From contig NW_002060944.1 in assembly GCF_000150275.1 (NCBI RefSeq), forward strand, positions 6,795,102-6,859,101: 64,000 bases of DNA, given 5' to 3'. The notes below the pieces were generated by a model that saw only the letters and a list, made by a program, of their open reading frames with translations, did not search any database and had not been told where the DNA came from. The translations under genes were made by a program, and so were the position numbers. Source of the DNA: Trichoplax adhaerens. Lineage: Eukaryota; Animalia; Placozoa. Shown piece by piece: positions 1 through 15,200 of this stretch (within the stretch, counting starts at the first letter, position 1; every line of letters begins with the position of its first letter).

Positions 1-2181
1 CTTCAATCTACTTTTGAAATGATCGTACTATTGGAATTACATCTTATATTTCAATTTTAATGAGGTCAACTGTTTCAATTTTAAACTCTTTCTTGCTGTA
101 CTAGTGGGTACTATGTCCGTAAAAAGTATCTAGAAAAAAATGAACTTGCTAGTAATACTCGATGTCAAACATTGACCTATTACAATATTTCAAGTTTTTA
201 TAGCTATTAATTTCTGTGTTTAATAGAATAATTTTATATGCGTACACAGTATATAGAATACCATTTTGGGAATGGATGATATTTTTATCATCATAATAAA
301 AATTGAACATTTATTATTGTTATTCGGCATTCAACTTTAGGAAAATACAGCTGTTGTGTATGTAATTACGTTACCTAGTGAATTATGATAGCAAAAGACG
401 AAGTATTGTGGTGCCAATTAGCTCTCTATTATTTACTCAAAAGACAATTTTGAGCACCAAATATTGATAGAGCATATTTATTGAATACGAACATAGATTA
501 TGCTTTTATTATTTACTCGTTAATAGTACTTACTAGCATTGATAAATAATTGTATCAAGTGACAAATCTTATGAAACTTTACGATACGAGTAAGGCTATA
601 TTAAAGTATGAACGACTAACATGATTAGTTTCTCTATTTTGTTTCTTTTTTGATTTGAATAAGTTATATTGATATCAGTCATTTTAAGTGAACGTTCATT
701 AATTTCTTTCTATGATTAGCGTTTTCGGTTATTGCAATTAATTGCTAAATTGATACAATGGAGAAAATGAAATAGAATTTTGATCTGATAGCTTGTTATC
801 TGAGCTTGGCATTTTCACACTTTTCCTAATCTATGATATTAACCTTGTTTCTATTTTACTTATTCAGAAAGATATCTTCTTTCGAAGGCTTTAACTACGT
901 TTTATACCACACTAAGATAAAGCATTTGTAGTTGCAAAGAAGTAAAAAGCTTATTTTAAGATGTCAATTACGGTTGAAGGGATATTTCAATTTATAGCTC
1001 TATTATTATAATACATAATAGCGATTGTTATAAACATAGATATACGCAATGAATAATCGTTGAAATTATTTATCTTATCTAGATCGAGTGGCTCATTAAC
1101 ATTATTTACTGTATCAATAGCTGCAGCTTCTCGATGTAGCTTTGAAAATTGATATCGAAACGGTCGATCCATAGATTAATGCTCATATGTAATTACTAAG
1201 TTGGGAAGGTTCTTTATTCAACGTGAGTAATTTACTTATAACAGATCGAGTTCGAGTATATTATGTATTTTTATACGCGTAGAAGATAACATATCCTATT
1301 CATTTCTACATAAGCCAATGATCAGCTCATTCTCCATTTGTTTACATTTTCTTATTCGTACAAAATCAGGGGATATCGTGTTAGTAGCAATTTTCCATCT
1401 AGTTTTAATGAATAATTATAGGAAATTAACATCCAAGAGGTTTATTTATAGATTAAGAATTGAAGTTGGAGCTGAGGAAAAAGAAGTTTCGACAGCGATA
1501 GTTGAAAATGCACTCCAATGCCGTCACTGATTGCTACAAATCGAGTAACGACGAAAATTAACTTTACCATACTGCTAGAAATGACTAGGTGAACTACACA
1601 AAACTAAACCCGAACCTTATTTAAAAAAATTAACCAATTTATAGTACAGTATGAGCAATGAGAGGAGGAGTATCGTTCAATTAAAAAAAATTAACCAAGT
1701 TATAGTACAGTAACATAAACATTTGTAATGGGGGAGTATTGTTAAATAGAAATAAAAGTGTGTAGCGATTTATTAAATTATGCAATATGTATAATAATGC
1801 CAAGGATAAATCGTTAGTGGTAGTAACAGTAGCTTTTCAATGTCGTGTTGAACATTCATTTTACAGCGTTAATCTAATATGGATTAACGCTTATAGAAAT
1901 CAGCTCGTAAAAGTTTTACCAAGTATAGCACATTGACTTATAATCAATCGGCCTCAAGCCGATTATTACAGGGTTTATCAAGTCGCCATGGAGACTTTTT
2001 CGACTATAATTGCTATACGAGTATTTATAGTCATGCATTGTCCTTCATTTTCTGTTTTCTTGTTTTTTCAAAATTAGGGATATGCGCGTGCAGTAGTGTC
2101 AGAAGCGATTTTTCAATAAGTTATTAGAAATGATTATAGGGAACTAATATCAATAGCATTAATTCCTCTATTTAATTTTTA

Positions 2182-2410
2182 GAATAACCAGCTTAGAAAA
2201 AATGTCTTTGTAAAGTAGAATAATGATGATAAGTTTTATAGCCAGCCAGATTCTAGTCGATTATTATAAGGCACCCAATGTCACGTCCAAGACGTTAATC
2301 TGTCCATTCATTTTTAATAATAACCAGCTTGGAAAAATATCTTTGTAACGTAGAATAATAATTGTACATTGACAGCCAGGCAGATTCTAAATGATTATTA
2401 TAAAGCATCC
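2182..2410. repeat. Diverged tandem duplication (~136-bp period)
   Basis: AATAACCAGCTT-GAAAAA...CTTTGTAA-GTAGAATAAT...CAGATTCTA...GATTATTATAA occurs twice. Confidence 0.8.
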
Positions 2411-3251
2411 TACGAGTATATCCTATCTTATGTGTTATTGTAAAGCACCATATATCAAACCCGATGTATCATTCTTCTGTTAGAATGATGTTTATGATCA
2501 GCTGATGTCGGATTTTATATCGCTAGTAATCAATTACAAATTACAATAACGAAGAGCAACATCTCGACCTAGTTTTGATGGTTGATTCCAAGCAATTGAT
2601 GTCACAAAGGTTAGCCTATCCATTAGTGTTAATATGGTCAATTGAAAGAGTTTTGGATAATAGTTAAAATGGCATACATCGAATGGTTAGATACCGGTAT
2701 TGGTATACCATGCCATCCATTTTTCTACATCAACTACGGTATAAAAGTCTAGCATACATTTATTTCACTTAAATTAGTGGAACATTAATCTTATTTGGGC
2801 TACATTGAACTGCAAATGAATGTTCCATTCACAGCAAGCATCCAATAACCAATCTCGTATATCCCATACAAGAGCGATAAGTGATTATCGTTATGATGGA
2901 GTTGTACCGTGGGCAAATGTCAAGAAAGACAAGCTTAACAGTAGGCTCGTCATGTTAAAATTTCCTCGTTGTCAATCTAGATTGGTAATAACGGTGAACA
3001 CAATCTGCCTACCATTTATGAACGAATATTATGGCAATCTGCCGCAGCTAACGCAGACGATATACCAAACTATAATACCTTAATGCCAATAGCGGAAAAT
3101 GTCGAATTGTTCAATATCATTTTTACTTCCTTTCATTGGTTCTATCGATATTGACTACTTCTAAAGTTTATGATCGTTAGGCTTTGCAAATCAACAGACG
3201 AATATCGTATACTATTCGCCGTACGATAAAGACCTGTATAGTAAAGTAAAT

Positions 3252-3280
3252 CCTACCCTAGCCCTAACCCTAACCCTACC
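3252..3280. repeat. Short interstitial telomere-like (CCCTAA)n tract
   Basis: cctaccctagccctaaccctaaccctacc. Confidence 0.6.
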
Positions 3281-4087
3281 ATAATCTATATTCACTACTT
3301 GACCCTCTTCGACCCTCGTCCATGATTTCTGATGCCATAAACTACGGCAATCAATCCTACTATGATCTCGTATGCTGGTTACTCTTAGTCCGTGCTGTGC
3401 TGCCAGGAACTATCAAACACGAAAGAGAGGGGTGACCACCGGCTATTTGTAATAATTTGAGCTTATTACATTATTGTAGCTATGTGTGTTGAAAAAGTAC
3501 TAATAACGATGCTAATAATATGAAATTAAAGCTCTATACGACGTAGAATAGTCGCTGTGTTGAATACGTAAAGCAATTGTAGATGATGGCTGATATAATA
3601 AAACGGTATATTTGTATCATTGGTGTTTGTACTGCATTGGAGATTTGCTCTATTTTAATGGCTTCAAATTGGAGTTGGTAGATTGCCAACCTAATTGGTT
3701 ACAAAGCTCAATCACTACCTAGATCATTGGAAGATACGTATCGCCTTCTATAGCCGTGCGTTACTGTTATTCTGATCTACGCGTATTTCAGAATATTAAA
3801 TTTCTACTCAATGTCCTGTTATAATAAACATAAAGTATATTGGCAATAAGTGTATCCTTTACGTGGTTACTCTACTTCTAGTCTTGCATCTACTTGCCTA
3901 TTTCTATCTGTTTTGCGCTCATGGTAGTCAAAAACTCTGATCTTCCATAATCGCTAAAAAGATATTACGCTGTATGTCTAAATCTGCGCAACGTTTAGTT
4001 GGTTGCGCACAGTTATTCCGATATAGTAAAATGGCCAGGAAGATAGATATTTACGAGTATAATGAGTCTTTCCATTTTTAGAAATGA

Positions 4088-4225
4088 AATGATACTCTGC
4101 TCCATTATGCAACTGGAGCAGCACTCCACTATACCATTCGACGTGGAGATACTTGTACGATGTAATTATTCTATGTCGACTACTCTGTCCTGCTATGATT
4201 AATATGAAAGATAGCAGTAACAATT
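4088..4225 (+). pseudogene. Ankyrin-repeat gene relic
   Basis: NDTLLHYATGAALHYTIRRGD, then after a frameshift LCPAMINMKDSSNN. These resemble the ankyrin T-LH-A and IN-kD--g-T motifs and are flanked by stops. Confidence 0.35.
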
Positions 4226-4249
4226 ACTGTAGTGATATATTTTAATGTG

Positions 4250-5555
4250 GTCGCTCTCTCTTCTACCCTTGTACCTATTTACCTAGTTCTACCCTGTTTT
4301 GTATTTATTTCAATTCAAAACTTGGACTACTTTAACCCAGGGCTCCAAACCATGATAGTGCTGACTGTGCTTAAATTGTAGTATGTTGTAGAAGCCATAA
4401 TTCATATGTATTTATTACGTAGTCTTACTTTCTTCTCCCCTTCTACCTGTTTCGTATTTATTGCAATTCAAAACTCGGACCTTTTTGGACTATTTTAACA
4501 CAGGGCTCCAAATAATGATAGTGTTGATTGTGCTTAAGTTATAGAAGCCATAATTCATATATGTTTATGGCGTAGTCTTGCTTTCTTCTCCCCTTCTACC
4601 TGTTTTGTAGTCATTGCAATTCAAAACCATGACCTTCTTGGACTATTTTAACCCAGGGCTCCAAATAATGATATTGTTGATCGTGCTTAAGTTATAGAAG
4701 GCATAATTCATATATGTTTATGGCGTAGTCTTGCTTTCTTCTCCCCTTCTACCTGTTTTATAATCATTGCAATTCAAAACCATGACCTTTTTGGACTATT
4801 TTAACCCAGGGCTCCAAATAATGATATTGTTGATCGTGCTTAAGTTATAGAAGGCATAATTCATATATGTTTATTACTTAGTCTTGCTTTCTTCTCCCCT
4901 TCTACCTGTTTTATAATCATTGCAATTCAAAACCATGACCTTTTTGGACTATTTTAACCCAGGGCTCCAAATAATGATATTGTTGATCGTGCTTAAGTTA
5001 TAGAAGGCATAATTCATATATGTTTATTACTTAGTCTTGCTTTCTTCTCCCCTTCTACCTGTTTTATAATCATTGCAATTCAAAACCATGACCTTTTTGG
5101 ACTATTTTAACCCAGGGCTCCAAATAATGATATTGTTGATCGTGCTTAAGTTATAGAAGGCATAATTCATATATGTTTATTACTTAGTCTTGCTTTCTTC
5201 TCCCCTTCTACCTGTTTTATAATCATTGCAATTCAAAACCATGACCTTTTTGGACTATTTTAACCCAGGGCTCCAAATAATGATATTGTTGATTGTGCTT
5301 AAGTTATAGAAGGCATAATTCATATATGTTTATGGCGTAGTCTTGCTTTCTTCTCCCCTTCTACCTGTTTTGTAGTCATTGCAATCCAAAACCATGACCT
5401 TCTTGGACTATTTTAATCCATAGCTCCAAACAATGATAGTGTTGATTGTGCTTGAGTTATAGAATTTATATGTATTTTTTATGTAGTCATGCTTCTTCTC
5501 CGCTTCTATCTACTTACCTCGTTCTACCTGTTTTATATTCATTGCAATCCAAAAC
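4250..5555. repeat. 153-bp tandem repeat, ~8 copies, with a near-identical core and degenerate ends
   Basis: CCCAGGGCTCC recurs at 4652, 4805, 4958, 5111 and 5264 (period 153). Confidence 0.95.
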
Positions 5556-6203
5556 GGCTAGCACCATTTTAAGCCAGTGCTCCCTCCATCCATGATATTA
5601 TTGAGGATTATGCTTCACTTTTCCACCCCACTATTCAATTGTTTTCGTCTTTGCCCTTTTAAAATCGCACTGTTGCTTACATGGTTGCTTTTAGAATGGA
5701 TTAATCCATCCTATCGATGTTGTATGCATGGACTAATGGAAGAAAAGAGGCAAAAGATTTTCTTCCATAAGTCCATGATGTTGATTCTCCATATTGGAAA
5801 GTTTCAGTACTGAAAATAGGCAAGAGTATAGTGTATGTATAATGACTTGTAGTATAGTCTCTATGACCAGTCAAGTGTGAGCAAGCACATTTTTGGGTGT
5901 GAACGCGCCTTCAATACGACTACTCAAACAGTACTCTTACAATACGATTGGCTAGATGGCGCTCGGTCATGATCCCGGTTACTATGTTCTACTATAGGCA
6001 AGTTGAAAAATAAATCGATAACCCAACACCAACTACCCTAACCCATCTACCACTCAACAACAAGTAGAATTCGTATGAGAACGAAAGGAACAACAAACAA
6101 GGCGATGGAGGCAGCGCCTTCTTGATCAAATCCAGACATTGAATGAAGGCCTCAGTAGGCAACAAGACTGCCAGCATCCGCCAACTTTTTCAACTTGTTG
6201 TTG

Positions 6204-9200
6204 ATGATGGCATCGAGAAATAGCCATGATGGCAATCGACGAGATCTATCCAGTTGGGTCAAATTGAATGTAGGTGGGCAATATTTCCTCACCACCAGGA
6301 TGACACTGTGTAAAGATGAAAATTCTTTTTTATGCCGTTTATGTAATAACGATCCTGATCTTCCATCGGATAAAGTAAGTCCAACACCATTTAATTCATC
6401 CAGTACTGCATGCAGTGTGTAAATTGATGGAGGGGCAATGGATGCCACGTATAGGATAGATGTTAGCCAATTGGATCATTTTATGTTCTTGTTATGCTTA
6501 CCCTTTATCAATCCCTTCATTGGATGATGTTTCCATTCAGCTTTACAAGTGATTTATAGGGTAGAGAGAGAGAGAGAGAGAGAGAGATCAACATCTGTCC
6601 CATGGGTTGAGTCGACGACAAGCGATGGAAATGCTGCAAAAGCCAAATTACTGTAGATACTGTACGAGAGGAGAGAGAGAGAGATCAATTAAAATTGTTG
6701 TTGTACGACAGGCAAAATCCCATCGATTTGATGGTAGCATTGCTTACTTTCTCTGCCTTTCATCCAATAGTCATCATCATTCAATAGAGACAAGATATTC
6801 GTTTGTAAAATTGACTTTCTTGCAACGACCGTAAAACCCTCTTGCCTATGTTGTCATGGCTAGAACATGGCTACAACTGGACTTGTCTTGCTTCTTTTAG
6901 CCAGTGATTGAAGGCGAAAAATAATGTAAAATGATGTCCATGATACAAAATGGAGGATGATGCATTCAATAGTCGACTCTTATCCATTACATTCGATCTC
7001 TTCTTCATCTTTTTTTATGATGTATTATTTTGCTTGTGCTACTCATAGAAATAGAGACAAGCGATCGTTGACAACATGGAGTTAGAAGAGTAGAAGAAAA
7101 TTCCACTTTATCCATCATATGATCATCATGTCAAGAAATGATTGCACTTTTTTTTCCAACTCCTTGTTATCCATCGTGTATCCAAGCACAGGACAATAAA
7201 AGGAATACAATTTAATCATTCCTAGATACAGTAGGTCCATAACTTGATTGCCACCATGTCTATCCAATGTTCCTAAAAGCAGACCTGAAGAAATAACCGA
7301 TGCTCAACTTAAAACGATATCTGTGGCACTGGAGAAGAAATAGACAATAAATGACCATTCGACACAATTTCTACATCATATTTAGAATTGGCTAGAAAAA
7401 GATAAAATACATGGACCTAAAATAGTCGTCAATAATCCTGATGAGCCACACTATGATGATCGTCAATCATTCTAGGACTGCAAGAGGTAGCATTCAAAGT
7501 ATTCAACTCCTTCTTCTATCTTTTCCGATCATCTAATGTAAATAGATTAGGGGAAAAAATAAAAGTCATCATTTAATAATAATATTATTATCATCATCAT
7601 CAATATACTGTTATCCATCTTCAATTGCTACTGGTGATGAAAGCCCAAATTTCCATCCATTCTAGGGAGAAAACCATGACCTCCTCTATCCCTATCTTCC
7701 CTAGTGCTAAACCAACACGACGAACCGCTAGCGATATTCGAAAGTATTGAAACTGCCTATCCATCCATCTTGAGAAGATGAATCAACCAATAGATACTAG
7801 TTTACAATGGAATATTTTTGTATTCCAAGTCCATTAGTTTACGTGCTGACTGTGTCTTTCATTTATAGCCCAAGTCACATTCTCTAGTGCTATATTACGA
7901 CGTTAAGAGGACAGCATTAGCAACATCTTGTTAATACAAAACATCAACGTTCTAAAAAGGAATTCATCCTTCCTTTTTTCCTTATTTTTTAATCAATATT
8001 CTTCAGAGACTTTCGCTTTTTATCTAAACTCGACTACCCTAACTTGTTCTCTTGCTATTGCTATCTAACTAATACAATATATAACATGGTATCCAGATTG
8101 AAGTAAATTGCTGGCATAATCAAAGCATTGCCATGGCCCTAACTTCAATTCATTCATTTTATTACCTATTTTTACCATCATTGTACCATGATGATAAAAT
8201 AACCCCCAAAATGGCCTTTCACATGATTGTAATCTAATTTGAAAGGACAGTAAGACTTTTAGCCAGCTATATAATTATCCCATCGATCATGATATAATTA
8301 CATTTTATCAAATTGAATTCAATAACTCTACCGCTGTAGTCTGGTAATAGACATTGTCCATCATCAAATACTTGATTCTATTTGAGTAAGATAGGGAAAC
8401 AATATCCAACGTTGAATGAATCCTTTCCTAATCAGGAGATGGAATTATTACTTCCACTTTCAAGTACAGAATTAGTTTATTTTAATAATCCCTTCGACGT
8501 TTATCATGGCCATCTTTTATCAAATACGTCGACGGCGATGAATTGGATAATGTAGGAATAAGACATTGCCGTAGGATCGATGACTACCATACTCTATTCT
8601 GATTCATTCTAATGAAGGATCAAGTCTATTTTATTTCAACATCTTGTATTTACTGTAGGGTTAGGCTTTAGTTTTTCCTAGCCTAGCCAGAAAACATGAA
8701 AGTAAAACCAATTCAATCTACCCGTCGGAGACACTAATCTTATTCGGATCAAGACTTTTGAAGGAATTGATTTAGTAAACAAATTGGAAGAAATCAATAT
8801 GGTCAAGACCATATTGATTTTACTTGATTTTTTCCAATTTTCAAGTCAAGTTGTCAACTACCCAATTATAGTGTAACAAACTAAGACAACAACAAGGTAG
8901 ACAGAATTTGCCTTTTCTTCACTAATAGTTACATATTCAAACGATGTTGCCATTAGGTACTCATGCTAGTCTATGATTGCCTTATTCTGTCATGATTTAT
9001 TTACAGCTGTCTGCATTGCTGTTTAAAAATAGACTTTTTGAATACCACTCTTTTGAAGTAGGCAATGGAGAATTATCCTTGTCTTGGAGACGATTGTCGT
9101 ATACAGTACTGTACTACTGGTATATCAAATTGGATTTATTAATTAATTATTATCGGCCATCGAATCGATATGAAAGAGATCCGATAGCTTCTACATGATG

Positions 9201-12200
9201 ACCATGATCGAAAGATACGCTAAAAAAGGAGATTCATGATCGGCTTGATCTCTAGAATACAAAAGTAGGGAATGTAAAGTTCAACTTGTCTCGAAAGATT
9301 GCCAAATACTATATCCGCTTGGATTATGACAATCGGCCATCGAGTCGATTTAAAAGAGATGAGATAGTTCCTACAGGATCATGATAATCGATAGAGATGC
9401 TAACAAGAAACTCTAGATCAGCTTGAATAATATTTTTACTTCCTTGCTCACAATGAACAAGACAAAAGTGTTTTTTTTCCCCCGTTCCTTTGCATCACTT
9501 TAGAGGGCAACTAGACCCTTGCGCTATTCTATAATTCAATAGCAAAATTGTCTTGCCAATCATTGACAGATTCCAATTAAAGCAATACTGTATATAGGTC
9601 TAGCTTGTACTCTTCCCAAAGTATGCAATCTATCCATTGCCATTACTATTGGTCCTTTTAGTAGTGAATAGTGGCGAGAAATTGGCTTCCAAATTACAAC
9701 TAGTGTCACAATTTTAAATATTAACATGTAGCTAACGCTTATCACTTTCATCTACTGTCCAACAGACTTCTATCTTGCTTGATATTATATCAGATTAAAA
9801 CGTTAAAATATTGGGTTATAACTTTCTCCCTCGACAATAGTATACGAGTACTGTAGTTGAATTATGGACAAGTAGAAAACCAACAACTAGTCTTCTTCTT
9901 CTTCTTGTAGCCTTTGCCTAAATCGATTCTATCATCGGTTATTGCACCAGTACTACCATTTTGTAAGCGAAAGCAGAATAAAGAATATTGATGGAGGATT
10001 CAACTAGATCGAAATAGTAAATGATGATCATCATTTTATAACCGAGTTTGAGTACTGCTTAACAATCAATTAGTTACAAGCCAAGATATTATTATTTTTA
10101 TTCATGTCTACACGTAAATCGACATCATCATCGTCATTTTAAATTATAGATGTTAATTACAAAGGTTGAATGGAGTCATCGTCAACAAATTCACCATTCT
10201 TACACTCGTTATTGTCAATTATACGAGTAATCATAAAGCGATGAGTTCGCTATAGTTCATAAATACGTGTAAATCAAGATCATGATCGCCATGAAAATAC
10301 CACACTAGTACATCCTAAACGAGAAGTTAATCTTGATGTGCAAACTCGTTAGGTTGATATCATTTTGACGATCATTGAATTGATGAATTTTAATGGTAAA
10401 GGATGAGTTGGTCATGATGAACAAATGTGCAAAATCCATCTTGCTATTTCAAAACTACTCGATGTAAATCCTACACATTTCTCAGTTATGGATTGTAAAA
10501 GTATCGAATCCACGTTATCATCGCCTTGTCGATACTACTAGATATCAATCCTACACGATGAATGTATTGAGTACAGTAGAATGATTTAAAATCCTCAACG
10601 ATGAGTTAAAGTCATGCTTTACAAATATATCAATCCACGTAACCATTTCAATACTACTCGATATACAGGACATTTTTAAGGAGAAATTAGTCATGGTTTA
10701 CAAAGACGTATCTATCATCAACATTATCATCGCTCATTTAATTCTACTACCGTAGATATCAATCCTAAACGATAAATTAATCATGGTTTAAGTACACTTC
10801 TGAGCTTTTTAAAATCCACGTTATCATCACCATTTCAATATTACTACATGTGTATAGTATATCTTAAAGGAGAAGTTAGTCATGATTTGCCAATGTATCC
10901 AATGTACATTATCATCGCTATTTTAATTCTAAACGATACGTTAATCATGGGTTAAGTACACGTTATCATCACCATTTCGATACTACTAGATATATCCAGT
11001 CAATCTAAAGAAGAAGTTATATGTTCAACTACATTAATTATCATCCCTATTTTTAAGTCTACTAGATATAAATCCTAAACGATACGTTAATCATAGTTCA
11101 GTATACGTATGAATTTTTTTTAAATTTACGTTATCATTGCTATTTCGATACTACTAGATATACAGTAAATCTTAAGGAGAAGTTATATGTTCAACTACAT
11201 TAATTATCATCCCTATTTTTAAGTCTACTAGATATAAATCCTAAACGATACGTTAATCAAGGTTTAAGTACGCGTATGAGTTTTTTTAAAATCCACGTTA
11301 TCATCACTATTTTAACACTACTAGATATAAATCCTAAACCGATAAATTCATTGTTGTTCACAACGATATCCACATTATCTTGGCCAATTCAATACTATTC
11401 GATAGAAATTCTTACCGATAAATTAGTTGTTATCAACATATTTTTAAGTGGATAACCTGATAATTAATAGAATCAACGTAAAGAATGGTTTTAGCATCGT
11501 CAACAATGTCATCAATGCTAATGAAATAGTCAATTGGATGGATAAACCTCGACTTGAGTATTGTTAGCAAATTTATCAACATAATATTAGAAATCTTCTT
11601 AGCAACATCGACAGGCAATCAATGTTTAAGTGACTGTGTATTTGTATTTTAGTGAAAGAGCAGTCTGATATTACTCATCATCATGTTGAATGGCTTTAGC
11701 CATGATAAACACAACAAATTCATGAGTATTATGAACATGCCATACTATCCAATTTCTTTTATTGCCTATCCCGTTTTAACCACTCCTTTCTATTATATTA
11801 TTACCAATATCGTCTATCCTTTTACTTTATTATTTCAACTATATAGTGATATAGTGATGTTATTTACCTACAGTACAGTAAGCTAGATTGCGCTATTATT
11901 GTTGCCTTTGATTGGGAATTGATATGGATAGACTAGATTACCTCTTTCCTTTATATCATGATTAGCCGAATAAATGTCTCTCTAGTCCGTGATAGAAGAT
12001 AGATTTTACTCAACATCATTCTTGCATCAATACAATTGCTACTGTAAGAAAATTTCTATCGTCAACAGACAATAACACCCTTTATAAATGACTTCAAGAA
12101 GACTCTATAGCTATCACTGTTTTCAATCATCCAATTTAACCACATCCTCAAGCTTTCCCCTAATTGCTGGTAGTAATGACAAGAATAATAATGGTCCATC

Positions 12201-15200
12201 TCAAGGGTTATTTATTGAGCGTAGAGTAGAAATTGATCTGACCACATTACTATCTACCTATAAATCATTGGACATATCGGCCATAAATGTTAGCTTTAAT
12301 TTTTTCTCAAGAGATATCGAATTTTTTAAAATGCTATACCAAAACTATCATCAACATCATTGATGCTTCTTGAAAGGTTCAAGATAATATCCACCAATGT
12401 GAACTTGGATTTACTTCTAAGAAGATATCGAGAGAAAGCATATCTGAAAATGCTCTATTAGCCATCATAGATGCTATAAATGCTTCTGAAAGGTGCACGA
12501 TATCGACCATCAATGCTAGCTTTCATTTTCCTTGAGTGGATAGCAAGGGGCATAGTTAAAAATGCTACCCTCAACATCTTCGACAAGATATCGAAAGGCC
12601 ATATTCTAAAAACTAGCATTATGGCTACAACAAGTTCCAAGATATCAACCATAAATGTTAGCTTTGATATTTCACTGAGTAGATTTGGAAAGAGCCTTGT
12701 CTAAAAATGCTATTCTAGCCACCATAAATCATTATGACAAGGAACAGGTAATATCAAACCAATGTTGAAATCATTTTAACGGCTCGTTTCCCTAATAAGA
12801 AAAGTACACCTATCAACCCTAAACTAGCCCTAATGGAGATGACATATTGCTGCTTATCATTTTCGGTTAATCAATTTTTTTTCTCTCAGGACATTGAAAT
12901 TAAAAATCCTACAAAACCTAAATTAATCATCATGGACGCCAAACGCTATTTAAGTCATTTAACTTTACTTAACTTAACAAGTCTTGCTTAAGTCTTAAGA
13001 AAGTCTTGAAAACCAAAACTAAACTTCATATAACTAGCTATAGTGATTAATGAAATACCCTTAGAGCCATAGCTTTTGGCATACTAATATCAAATCCTAA
13101 ATGTTACTCTTTTCTTTTCATGATACTAAAATCGAACTTGCTACAGACGCTTAAGATATGCTTGACCCATAGTTTAATTTTATCGATATTATTATACTTG
13201 GAAATACATACCTTATAGAAGTGAATCTAAATCATAGACGTTATACATCGTCATTTTCCTGCTATTATAAATAACTGAGAAATCAAAATCTTTCTCAAGA
13301 TACCATAAGCTTTTAAAAACTAAACTACCCATCTATCACTGATACGATACATTGCCGTTTCTAAAGGACTATGTACACTACAAAAACCATAATAATCTGT
13401 ATTAAAGTCATCACATGTCGTGTTAATTAATTTTTACAATCCAGTATATCATCGTTTGCCATAGTTTACCAATTTTGACCTTCAATTGCCTATCGTAAAA
13501 TGTCAAATATAGCCTATATCAATTAAGAAACTGAGCAATCATGGACGTTTTGATCTTCAAAGCGATACCCTGACTCAATAAGTAACGATCATGAACATAT
13601 CGGTTATACGAAAATATGTTAATTACAAGGTGGAGGCGGAAAGTGCAAACTCTACGTTGAAGAATTTTCCATTCTGAACAAACACCTTGATGGACATATC
13701 CGCTTTAATAATTTTGGATATCAAAATTGATTCCCACTTCTCTCTTTTTCCATAGAAGTCTACCATTTCCTGATCATTTTTAAATTCTTTTAACGTAGGA
13801 ACTACTCAATTAATTATAAATATCTTTCCAAGAATTGGATAGAAAATAGGTGGTGCTGTATCTCATTGATAGTCTTGATACTTACGTTGAAAAAATTTCT
13901 CGATCAAATAAATCATCAACATATAACATCCAAGTCTTGTCTCAAGTTCAATCTTCCTCTCTTTGATACTATATCCATGCTGCAACAGATTTAACATGAT
14001 AAATGGATTAAACCACTGATAGGCAATGATGTTAGTTAACCCAACTTGAATATTTCTAAATTCTCCCATTAAAAAAGCCTTAACTCGACTATTTTTATTA
14101 CTTCTACACTTTTAAATACATTAAATGATATCCTACTATTGAAATACCCGACAATGCTGTATTAGAATTTGACCTCCTAGTCTATTTGATGGACTTTTTT
14201 TTCAATGCTAGGGTAATTCAAGGTCTTTCTTTTTTTCGATATACTTAATTTATTATATCAACTTCGTTATGATTATGATTGATACAGAGTTAATATCTCC
14301 ATTGAGTATTCATCCACATCTCCTCAATTGTCTCTCAAGTTGATGCCAATTAAATTGATATCACATATTAATCCATCTGCATTACACCTCCGTATCAAGT
14401 AAACACATTTGTTGATGCTATTTAGTAGCTTTTGAAAGATGTAAAATTGAATTTTACATATTTAATTATTAATGTAACTACATTATGTTAAGGAGATAGA
14501 TGCATTGATGGAGTTGAAATAGTTTCAATCTTGTTGAAACCACCTATTAGAATTTCCACCCCCTAAATTCGTCTTCCTATTCAATACGAAGAGATTAGAC
14601 CTTTCTAAACTAATAGACCTCATGAATAATTTCAATTTTTGAAAATTTCTCAATTTCATTAGCAGACTGGCGTAAACATCTTAATAGGGTAGATAAGACA
14701 TACTTAGCTCTTGCTTTCACGCAGTTAATATTTGCCTAGCAGTATTCTATACCAAAATGATACATTATAATGTACTAGAGGTAGCACTTTGTAGCATCTA
14801 GTATATTGTTTTGCCCTAACCTTAAAATTAAAACAAAAATAGTTAGATTAATTATTATTAGTTTTTATTACTAGATTGCTTGTATCAGTAACATTATGAA
14901 GAAAGTACTTTTATACCCATGATACTGATGGCGTAATATCTTATTTCCGTTTTGTTATTAGGATGAAAATGGAGCTTACATGATTGACCGTGACCCACGT
15001 TATTTTAGGCCTATTCTGAATTTTTTACGTCATAGCAAGTTAATTATTGATAAGGATATCCCTTTGGAAGGTAGACCTTAACAATTATTGCCGCATAAAC
15101 TACTTTATTATCTTATGATATATTGATATTTGTCTTCGTTGACGATTAATATCTTCTTTGTAATAATATCTTTATATCATTAAATTTCAACATCAAATCA

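Noticed and set aside
3325-3430. CTGATG...GAAA as a hammerhead ribozyme
   Set aside because: The core is not CUGANGA and no supporting stems were found.
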